Below, in pieces: positions 50,984 to 58,471 of a DNA stretch of 64,000 nucleotides. The translations under genes and the position numbers were made by a program. The notes below the pieces were generated by a model. It did not search any database. It was not told the DNA's origin and saw only the letters and a list, made by a program, of their open reading frames with translations. How positions within the stretch are numbered: the stretch's first letter is position 1; every line of letters begins with the position of its first letter. Origin of the DNA: Candidatus Falkowbacteria bacterium RIFOXYC2_FULL_36_12 (GTDB lineage: Bacteria > Patescibacteriota > Patescibacteriia > UBA11705); NCBI GenBank assembly GCA_001778235.1, contig MFGJ01000001.1, positions 165,605 to 229,604 on the forward strand, in the 5' to 3' direction.

Positions 50984-51290
50984 AATGTTTAGTAAAATTA
51001 AATTAGTAAAATTAAAATGGAAAGAAAATTTAATTTTTTATTTTATAATGTTGCTAAATTCACGATGTGATATAACTTGCTGTTTTGTTCTGCGTCCTCA
51101 ACTTTAAATACATAGCGAATTCCGTCTTTATCATACATAGAATATGTTCCAGCTCCTAAATCTTCTGATGTATTATTTGTTGTGTAGGTTGTAAATTCAA
51201 TTGCGAAGTAAACCTCCGAAACGAACGAGCAATTTTGAACCCAATATGCCGTGCTAGCGAATGTAAATAAATTCGCGAGCGGATAGCGAG

Positions 51291-52424
51291 TTATTGTTTG
51301 CGAATTCGCTCTATTTCTTTAACATCCTTTACTTTTCGTCTCATCTTGTTTAATTCTTGTCGTTTTTGATTATTTTTTTCTTCAACTCCAAAAAGGCTAA
51401 TAGCGATAGCTAATATGTTATCAATTGATTTATCTTCCGATTCTACAATTTTTTTTCCTAATTTTTTTAGCCCTTCTGTCATATCTTCTCGTTTCTGAAA
51501 TTCGGGCTGGTTTTGCATAAGATCGAAAATTTCGTTCGCATTCATTTCTGGTCTGATTTGATTGGCGAAACCCTCAAAAATTTTTCGTCCGCGTTCAACA
51601 TTTGCCTTAAATTCATCTTCATAAACTTTTTCTATATCATCAATATCTTCTTCTGTGATTCTGCCTGTTTCAATTAATTTTTCTGCATCGGTAACATCAT
51701 AATTTCTACCTTGATGGAGCTTATAGTAAAGTACTTTTCCAGGATGTGAAATATTAATTTGTCTGCCTTGAAATTCTAGTGGTTGCGGTTGAACCCACTT
51801 TTCTGGAATAGGCGTGCGCGAAACACCTAAAGGTTTACCAGTCTCATCCCTTTGAATAATATGAACATCCACAAAATTTAATGCTTTATCTCGGCGAATT
51901 TTCCCATTTTCATCTATAGCCGCGATTAGCATGTGCTCTGTATCTAATTCGGCGAAATTCCTGAAACTTACTCGCCTCATTATTTTATTTTTGGTTTTAT
52001 CTTCTGTGCGAGATAAAAATAAGCCATACCCATTTTTAAGCAACTGCACCTCCAATGCTTCGAGTTCGTCTTTCTCTACCGAGATATCAACATCTTTATG
52101 TTCTCCTATGTATTTCTCAGGGTTTTCGCCAGCGCCATTCATTAAGGATATATTCAAAGCTCCATCAAGGTGCCAATTCAAATCAGACCCTTCAAATGCT
52201 TGGCCTAATTCTTCGATGCTTTGATTCATTTTTTTAACAATTTCAGGAGAAGGCCTTTTGCGGATGAAATTTTCATCAATTTTTCCAGTAAAATCTTCCC
52301 ATGGCGGTTGCTCCTGCTCGTAATATTCAGCCCGAATTTCAGAAGCACGCCTTTGTTCATCCGTCATCATGCTTTCGGCTTTGTTAATTTCCTCTTGTGT
52401 TGGATTGTATTTTTCTGGATTCAT
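51291..52424 (-). CDS. nucleotidyltransferase-fold protein (ANT(2'')/Lnu-like), cassette cargo
   Basis: WHLDGALNISL...EHKDVDISV and a later VDVH, matching the hG[GS]..DxD pattern. Confidence 0.65.
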   Translation of the reverse strand: MNPEKYNPTQEEINKAESMMTDEQRRASEIRAEYYEQEQPPWEDFTGKIDENFIRKRPSPEIVKKMNQSIEELGQAFEGSDLNWHLDGALNISLMNGAGENPEKYIGEHKDVDISVEKDELEALEVQLLKNGYGLFLSRTEDKTKNKIMRRVSFRNFAELDTEHMLIAAIDENGKIRRDKALNFVDVHIIQRDETGKPLGVSRTPIPEKWVQPQPLEFQGRQINISHPGKVLYYKLHQGRNYDVTDAEKLIETGRITEEDIDDIEKVYEDEFKANVERGRKIFEGFANQIRPEMNANEIFDLMQNQPEFQKREDMTEGLKKLGKKIVESEDKSIDNILAIAISLFGVEEKNNQKRQELNKMRRKVKDVKEIERIRKQ

Positions 52425-52489
52425 AAAAATAAAATTTGTCCAAGTAATTTTTCTGCGATAGCAGAAAAGAATTTAATTATTTCAGCTAA

Positions 52490-52562
52490 CATCCGCGTGT
52501 ATGCGATGTCCGAGCGAAGTGAGGATATGGGTGCCAGCCGCATACACGCTGTTAGGCGACGT
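52490..52562 (-). mobile_element. attC-like site
   Basis: GCCTAAC-AGCGTGTATGCG...CGCATACACGCGGAT-G|TTAGC imperfect palindrome. Confidence 0.75.
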
Positions 52563-52569
52563 ATCTTAA

Positions 52570-52761
52570 TTAAAAAAATACGCCAATTAACCCACCAATA
52601 ATTCCGGTTAGTATAATAATTTTCCAGCTTGGAAACCGTTTTTTTGTTAGCCGATATATTATTATTGTTGGAACTAAGAAAATAGCAGCACTAATGATGA
52701 ATACAAGAATGATGCCCAGTGCAATCCCCAGTTTAAATGTGTCACTAAATAAATAAATCAT
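52570..52761 (-). CDS. small membrane protein, cassette cargo
   Basis: 63 aa, 2 TM; fills its cassette. Confidence 0.6.
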   Translation of the reverse strand: MIYLFSDTFKLGIALGIILVFIISAAIFLVPTIIIYRLTKKRFPSWKIIILTGIIGGLIGVFF

Positions 52762-52785
52762 ATTAAATTTAGATATGTCGTTGAA

Positions 52786-52973
52786 TGGGCTGCGCCTAAT
52801 GCGAAGTTGCGGACGGGTAGCGGAGCTATCCGACAGGCAATTTCGTATAGGCGCTGTTGTGCGCTTGTCCGCCTAAGGCGGGATGCCATGCGAGCACACA
52901 GCGCCGGAGGCGCAGCCCATTGTGCAAAACAACGGGAGCGACACGCGGAGCGTGTGCGAGCGGTTTTGCACAA
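52786..52973 (-). mobile_element. ORF-less cassette, copy 3 (diverged, with a 19-bp hairpin insert)
   Basis: homologous to 54337-54506 and 55160-55329. Confidence 0.85.
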
Positions 52974-53050
52974 TGTTTCGGCATCATCCGAAGTTGCGTA
53001 GCAATTTAGGTGGAGCGTAGCGGAACCAGATATGCCGTGTTGTGCGATGT
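52974..53050 (-). mobile_element. attC-like site
   Basis: GCACAAC-ACGGCATATCTG...CGGATGATGCCGAAAC-A|TTGTGC. Confidence 0.75.
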
Positions 53051-53074
53051 TCAAAAAATATTTTTCATTCCTTT

Positions 53075-53464
53075 TTATTTTGACAGGCTTTCATCTATAA
53101 ACAATTTTAACGCGTCAATATCTTTAGTATTTTGGTCGTAATGAAATGTATTAACACCAACAGATTGAGCGCTCTTTACAGCATCTAAATTATGCTCAAA
53201 ATACACAACATCTTTTACTTCAAGATTAAAATGCTTGAGCATAGTTTCAAAATATTTCGGATCTGTTTTTTCGGGGTCATGTTTAAGCGTAAAGACTTCG
53301 TAGGGCATCTTATTTAGGCCAAACATTTCCATCTCCTCATCATTAGCACCAGTCAAGATGATTTTCTTGTTTGGGTATTGCTCAAGCATTTTATACATTT
53401 CATTAAAGACACCCTCGCCCTTTATTACAAAAGCGTTAATTGCATCTACTAAAATTGTTTTCAT
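53075..53464 (-). CDS. HAD-like hydrolase, cassette cargo
   Basis: ILVDA, ILTGA, K.DP.YF, YFEH...AV.SA.S.G; catalytic motifs degenerate. Confidence 0.7.
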   Translation of the reverse strand: MKTILVDAINAFVIKGEGVFNEMYKMLEQYPNKKIILTGANDEEMEMFGLNKMPYEVFTLKHDPEKTDPKYFETMLKHFNLEVKDVVYFEHNLDAVKSAQSVGVNTFHYDQNTKDIDALKLFIDESLSK

Positions 53465-53519
53465 AAGCGCCTGTCAAAATTATTAATAAAAGGAAAAATA
53501 TTTTTTGAATTTCGCACAA

Positions 53520-53617
53520 CGTTAGTGATAAACGAAGTTCGTTTGACTGAAAGGAAAACGAATTTGGGAAAATGCCGAGCCGAGGCATTTTCCGGTTATC
53601 ACTTGTTGTACGACCCG
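53520..53617 (-). mobile_element. attC-like site
   Basis: GTACAAC-AAGTGATAACCG...CGTTTATCACTAAC-G|TTGTGC. Confidence 0.75.
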
Positions 53618-53685
53618 AGGTCTGCCTTCCTTATTATTAATTAAGAAAAGGCAGGCCGAGAGCGCAGCGAGGCTTGATTTTTACT

Positions 53686-54303
53686 TTAAGAAATATTTTT
53701 TATAACTCCATAAATAGCTATCTTTTTTTTGTTTCTTTTTGCCCACCAAATATCGCCATATGACCAATGCCAGTATTCCTTTGGGTAATTAGACAAACCA
53801 GCTTTTTTCAGGGAGGCGAACATAGTTTCTCTATTTTGCTGAATGTATTTTGATAATTTAGGCTGAAATGATTTGGCGTTTTCCTGATATGTTAATTTTG
53901 AACTTTTCATCGGGATTTTTCTACCGTTTTTCCATAATCTTAAATCAACCGCCCCTCCTGTCATATGCCCAGAAGCGTTTTTACCGTCAGAAGGAGCAAC
54001 GTATTTCTCAACCTCTTTTATGATTTTGTCTTTAGTCCAGGAGGGGTGTTTTTTAGAAAAACGATCAATAAACCATTTTTTAATTTCTTCTTGAACATAT
54101 TGAGGCCGCCATGCATCATTAATTATGAATGTCATTCCATCTGGCAATTCTTTTTCAGCGCGCCAAATCATTTCAGCCACTGTTTTTCTTAGGTAGGCTG
54201 TTTTTTCTTTCTTCATTCGTCGCTTACCTAAATTGATAATTATATTTGGGCAAACTTTATTTATATTAACTAATGGTTCATTACATTCTTTGATATTTAT
54301 CAT
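53686..54303 (-). CDS. D-Ala-D-Ala dipeptidase, M15/VanX-like, cassette cargo
   Basis: DAWRP, SGHMTGGAVD (SxHxxGxAxD) and EYWHW motifs. Confidence 0.88.
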   Translation of the reverse strand: MINIKECNEPLVNINKVCPNIIINLGKRRMKKEKTAYLRKTVAEMIWRAEKELPDGMTFIINDAWRPQYVQEEIKKWFIDRFSKKHPSWTKDKIIKEVEKYVAPSDGKNASGHMTGGAVDLRLWKNGRKIPMKSSKLTYQENAKSFQPKLSKYIQQNRETMFASLKKAGLSNYPKEYWHWSYGDIWWAKRNKKKIAIYGVIKNIS

Positions 54304-54336
54304 AAAAAATATTTCTTAAAGTAAAATTTCGTACAA

Positions 54337-54506
54337 TGGGCTGCGCCTAATGCGAAGTTGCGGACGGGTAGCGGAGCTACCCGACGGGCAATGTCGCATA
54401 GGCGCTGTTGTGCGATGCCATAGCGAGCACACAGCGCCGGAGGCGCAGCCCATTGTGCAAAACAACGGGAGCGACACGCGGAGCGTGTGCGAGCGGTTTT
54501 GCACAA
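54337..54506 (-). mobile_element. ORF-less cassette, copy 2
   Basis: 170 bp, identical by eye to 55160-55329. Confidence 0.88.
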
Positions 54507-54607
54507 CGTTGCCGATATCCGAAGTTTTCTGAAGCGAAGCGAAAGAAAATTTGGGTGAGCATTTGGCGGAGCCAAGCGCGAACCAGATATCGAGCTGTTA
54601 TGTGATG
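54507..54607 (-). mobile_element. attC-like site
   Basis: ACATAAC-AGCTCGATATCTG...CGGATATCGGCAAC-G|TTGTGC. Confidence 0.75.
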
Positions 54608-54649
54608 TAATTTAATTAACGAGCGATAGCGAGTGTTGTTGGGGCAAAT

Positions 54650-55087
54650 TTATTTAATCTTGAATTCAGGAGTAGTTTCGTTTTTAAGTTCCTTTTTCCA
54701 GTTTGTTAGCTCAAAATATTGCTCAATGTCGCCAGCTTTATGTATGTGTTGTTCCGTTGGTTTTATTTCATCCAAATTTTCAATTACTAATTGGTTTTCA
54801 TCAAATTTCCTTGCCACTCCTTCTTCGACTTCCACTTCGTAAATGTAAACTTCTTTTTCAGGATTAAATAACTCAGGATTCTCAAACTCAATTGTATCGT
54901 TTTCATGATTAATACGTGTCACTCCATCGGGTCTTGCTGCCATAGCTAGCGCGTATTTATAATGCGGTGTTAAATAGATTCCGTCTTTTAATTCGTCTTC
55001 AGGGACTTCAACTCCTTCTCCTGCTTGCGCCTGCATCTTTTTAATTGTTTTAAGATTTCCATTTCTGGAGCCGTGATATAGTTTCAT
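54650..55087 (-). CDS. ADP-ribosyltransferase-like fold protein, cassette cargo
   Basis: LYHGS...GIYLTP...YA and YIYEV motifs, as in Arr/ART-like small proteins. Confidence 0.55.
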   Translation of the reverse strand: MKLYHGSRNGNLKTIKKMQAQAGEGVEVPEDELKDGIYLTPHYKYALAMAARPDGVTRINHENDTIEFENPELFNPEKEVYIYEVEVEEGVARKFDENQLVIENLDEIKPTEQHIHKAGDIEQYFELTNWKKELKNETTPEFKIK

Positions 55088-55159
55088 ACTAAAAGATTAA
55101 ATAAATTTGCCCCAACAACATTTTTGCAAGAGCAAAAATAATTAAATTATTTCACATAA

Positions 55160-55329
55160 TGGGCTGCGCCTAATGCGAAGTTGCGGACGGGTAGCGGAGC
55201 TACCCGACGGGCAATGTCGCATAGGCGCTGTTGTGCGATGCCATAGCGAGCACACAGCGCCGGAGGCGCAGCCCATTGTGCAAAACAACGGGAGCGACAC
55301 GCGGAGCGTGTGCGAGCGGTTTTGCACAA
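55160..55329 (-). mobile_element. ORF-less cassette, copy 1 (first position after attI)
   Basis: 170-bp GC-rich multi-hairpin unit abutting attI. Confidence 0.88.
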
Positions 55330-55346
55330 CTCCTTTTATGCGAAGT
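55319..55346 (-). mobile_element. attI-like site with dif-like 11-6-11 structure
   Basis: ACTTCGCATAA-AAGGAG-TTGTGCAAAAC on the minus strand. Confidence 0.7.
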
Positions 55347-55419
55347 TAATTTATTTTATGGTATAATAAGTGCATAAAGGGAGTTTGAATTGCTTAAAAT
55401 AGCAATTCATAAGTATATT

Positions 55420-56268
55420 ATGATTATAGCAAATCAAAAAATAAAATCAAAACAACTAGATACTTTGATTAGTTTGAAAAATGAGCTTAAATTGAGGAAT
55501 TATTCTCCAAAAACATGTAAATCTTATATTGGGGTTAATTTGAGGTTTTTGGATTGGTTTGGAAAATCTCCGAGAGAAGTCAAAAATGAGGATATTCGGA
55601 GATATTTGGAGGATTTACGACATAGGGGAATTAGTGCTTCAACTCTTAGTGTTGATATTAATGCACTTAAATTTTATTATACAAAAGTATTAAAACGGAA
55701 GTTTTTTTCTGACATAAAACATCCCAAACAAAGACAAAGTTTGCCTGTAGTCTTATCAGTTTCTGAAGCAAAATTGTTGATAGACTCAACTAAAAATGAA
55801 AAATATAGGTTCGCTTTTTGCTTAATGTATGGTAGTGGACTTAGGTTGTCTGAAGTTTTAGATTTACGAGTTGCTGATATTGATTTTGATAGAAAAGTTA
55901 TTCATATCAAAGCGGGTAAAGGAAATAAGGATAGGATTACAATTTTGGCTGAAAAAATGATCCCTAACTTAAAATTATTTGTAAAAGATAGAGAGTCTGA
56001 TCAATTTGTTATCTTTGGTCTGGCTGGTCAAAAATTGACTGCAAGATCAGTGCAAAAAATGTTTCAAAAATCTTTATCTGAAGCACAAATTAGGAAACCA
56101 GCAACTTGCCATTCGCTTCGTCATTCATTTGCGACGCATCTACTTGAAAATGGTACTGATATTCGATATATTCAAGAGTTATTAGGTCATAAGAAGTTAG
56201 AAACAACACAGATTTATACTCATGTAACAAATTCTGTGTTGAAAAATATTGAAAGTCCTTATCAATAA
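55420..56268 (+). CDS. tyrosine recombinase (Xer/IntI-like, N-terminal SAM domain, no IntI insertion)
   Basis: LRNYS.KT..SY, SGLRLSE, GKGNKDR, HSLRHSFATHLLE.G.DIR.IQELLGH....TTQIYTH; R-K-H-R-H-Y residues intact. Confidence 0.92.
   Translation: MIIANQKIKSKQLDTLISLKNELKLRNYSPKTCKSYIGVNLRFLDWFGKSPREVKNEDIRRYLEDLRHRGISASTLSVDINALKFYYTKVLKRKFFSDIKHPKQRQSLPVVLSVSEAKLLIDSTKNEKYRFAFCLMYGSGLRLSEVLDLRVADIDFDRKVIHIKAGKGNKDRITILAEKMIPNLKLFVKDRESDQFVIFGLAGQKLTARSVQKMFQKSLSEAQIRKPATCHSLRHSFATHLLENGTDIRYIQELLGHKKLETTQIYTHVTNSVLKNIESPYQ
55423..55450 (-). promoter_or_regulatory. putative Pc cassette promoter inside the recombinase 5' end
   Basis: TTGATT-16 nt-TATAAT with extended TGn, facing the array. Confidence 0.5.
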
Positions 56269-56288
56269 TATTTAATTAAATTAATTGT

Positions 56289-56948
56289 ATGAAAAAGAAA
56301 AAAATTATAAGTTTTCTGCTTGCAGGTTTGATGCTGATGTTTGCTTTACCAGTTTATTCGGCAACCAGCGAACTACCTGTTCGAGGGAGAATATTGCTTC
56401 AGGTTGAGGAGCATGGTGAGGCGTATTATGTGCCTGTAAATGAATACAAAAAGTATTATCTTGGCAGGCCAGATGATGCCTTTGCAATTATGCGAGAATT
56501 TGGCGTGGGAATTAGTAATAAGGATTTAACAAACATTCCGATTGCTAATTTTAATCTAAATGTGGCTTTTGATAGCGTGAGATTTGGAGATAGTGATGAG
56601 GATGGTTTGTCAGATGCAGTTGAGCGCTCATTTGGTACAAAGGTTAATCTTAAGGATACTGATGGCGATGGATTTAGTGACTATACTGAAATTATAAATG
56701 GTTATAGTCCACTTGACCCAAAGATTAATAGCAAAATAGTAACTGACAAAAGGTTTGCGAGTAAACATTTAGGAAAAATATTTTTGCAAGTTGAGAGTCT
56801 TGGGGAGGCTTGGTATGTGAATCCGGTTGATGGCAAAAGATATTTTCTAGGGAAACCGGAGGATGCTTTTTCGATAATGCACTATTTAGGGCTAGGAATT
56901 TCAAACAAAGATATAAATACAATACCGACGGTTGTTGGAATAAGATAA
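56289..56948 (+). CDS. secreted protein with two CPR-type G.I.LQVE..GEA.YV repeats around a DxDxDG Ca-binding repeat
   Basis: signal peptide; duplicated ~45-aa domain; DSDEDGLSD and DTDGDGFSD. Confidence 0.8.
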   Translation: MKKKKIISFLLAGLMLMFALPVYSATSELPVRGRILLQVEEHGEAYYVPVNEYKKYYLGRPDDAFAIMREFGVGISNKDLTNIPIANFNLNVAFDSVRFGDSDEDGLSDAVERSFGTKVNLKDTDGDGFSDYTEIINGYSPLDPKINSKIVTDKRFASKHLGKIFLQVESLGEAWYVNPVDGKRYFLGKPEDAFSIMHYLGLGISNKDINTIPTVVGIR

Positions 56949-57004
56949 TTATAAAAAAAACGAGCCAGGTGGCTCGTTTTGTGTTTGGAATAAAAAAAGT
57001 TTTC

Positions 57005-57079
57005 TGGAGGCCACGATCGGATTTGAACCGATGAATGACGGTTTTGCAAACCGTTGCCTTACCACTTGGCTACGTGGCC
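57005..57079 (-). tRNA. tRNA-Cys(GCA)
   Basis: cloverleaf; loop TTGCAAA; CCA. Confidence 0.95.
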
Positions 57080-57215
57080 ACAAACAGAAAACTAAAATAA
57101 TTATACTATAGAAAATGGTGTTTGTAAAGGCTAGAACTTTACTTTTTTGTTTAATGGGCTAAAATGTAATTGTATGTTTAATGTGTTGCCACAACCCCCG
57201 AGACAAGGAGGGATA

Positions 57216-58235
57216 ATGTTTGGGAAGAGACCTTTTAAATTTTTCCACGATGGTTCACATCCTGATTTGGTTAGAATGATTTGTGAAAGACTTGGGCAAG
57301 AAGAAGGTAGGTTGAATTGGGAATTGCATTCACAGGGTGAGTTTAGGGTACAAATAGACGATAATATTCGACTTTGTGATAATTTTGTTTTTGGAACTCA
57401 TGCTGATCCGGTTCAAACATTTAATAATCGATTGAAGACACTATTGAGGACTATTCGTCGACATTCAGATGGTTGGAGAAAGTTGTTGAATCCGTATATG
57501 AAAAATATTCGTTCTGATCGAGAAGATGAAGCAAGAGTTTCAATTGGTGTAAGAGATGAGGCAGATGAATTATTCGCAGCTGGTGCGCAAAGTATTGTGA
57601 TTGCAGAACCACATTTCGAACAAGTTGTTGGAGTTTTTAATCCTGAAATGCAAGTAGATTTCATTTTTGGTACACCATACTTTGTTAATTATATTAAACA
57701 ACAAGGTCCTCTGAACAATGTTACGGTTGTTTCTGCAGATTTTGGTGGTGCAAAACGAGCTGGTCGAGTAGCTTCAAAGATTGGAGCTCCAATTGCATTT
57801 ATTGATAAGCGTAGAGATGATCATATGGAGAAAGTTGTTCCAGTGGCTGTTATTGGGGATGTAAAGGGAAGAGACTGTGTGATTCCAGATGATGAAGCTT
57901 GTAGCTTGGGAACTTTGATTGAAGATACAAAATATTTGCTTTTACATGGTGCAAGATCGGTAAAAGCTGTTATCACTCATCCGATATTGACACATCCAGA
58001 GAGAATGAGAGAATTGCAAGCGATTGATGAGTTTAGTGAGTTGGTTGTTTGTAATACTGTGCCGGTGTCTGAAGAAAAAAGGAGTTGTTTACCAAAGATG
58101 AAAATTATTGATACTTCAAACGCCTGGGCGGAAGCGGTAAAATGTATTCGTGATGGTAATGGTTTTCGTGGTGGTCAGTCTGGACTATTGGCAAGAATGT
58201 ATGATGAAAAACAATTTCCAATTGAATTAATTTAA
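57216..58235 (+). CDS. prs: ribose-phosphate pyrophosphokinase (divergent)
   Basis: GE..VQI..NIR, PY....RSDR, VVSAD.GG.KRA, IDKRR, IGDVKGR, DD....GTL, THPIL. Confidence 0.85.
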   Translation: MFGKRPFKFFHDGSHPDLVRMICERLGQEEGRLNWELHSQGEFRVQIDDNIRLCDNFVFGTHADPVQTFNNRLKTLLRTIRRHSDGWRKLLNPYMKNIRSDREDEARVSIGVRDEADELFAAGAQSIVIAEPHFEQVVGVFNPEMQVDFIFGTPYFVNYIKQQGPLNNVTVVSADFGGAKRAGRVASKIGAPIAFIDKRRDDHMEKVVPVAVIGDVKGRDCVIPDDEACSLGTLIEDTKYLLLHGARSVKAVITHPILTHPERMRELQAIDEFSELVVCNTVPVSEEKRSCLPKMKIIDTSNAWAEAVKCIRDGNGFRGGQSGLLARMYDEKQFPIELI

Positions 58236-58298
58236 GTCAGAGTAGTGTAAAATCACTACTTTTTGTTTTAATTTGTGATTGAGTTGGGTGAGTGGTGG

Positions 58299-58346
58299 GA
58301 CCACCCCGAGCAAAGAGGAACAGACCCCTCCTTGGAAAGGAGGGGA
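58299..58346. repeat. REP-like repeat family A, partial copy
   Basis: GACCACCCCGAGCAAAGAGG..GACCCCTCCTTGGAAAGGAGGGG. Confidence 0.7.
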
Positions 58347-58471
58347 TGGTGATTGAGCTGGAAATTTTTGTGGAAAATGATATAATTTAATTATTAAATT
58401 ACGAAAATTAGAAGATGTGAGTTACGAAATTACGAAAGATTACCTGCCGGCAGGTAGGCAAAAATTAGAAT

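Noticed and set aside
52758-55329. short ORFs in the 170-bp unit (CKTARTRSACRSRC..., MQNRSHT...)
   Set aside because: They arise from GC-rich palindromes on both strands, cross recombination junctions and shift frame in copy 3.
55319-55346. chromosomal dif site with a housekeeping Xer
   Set aside because: The right arm belongs to a repeated cassette and similar arms recur at every junction, which fits attI better; a dual role cannot be excluded.
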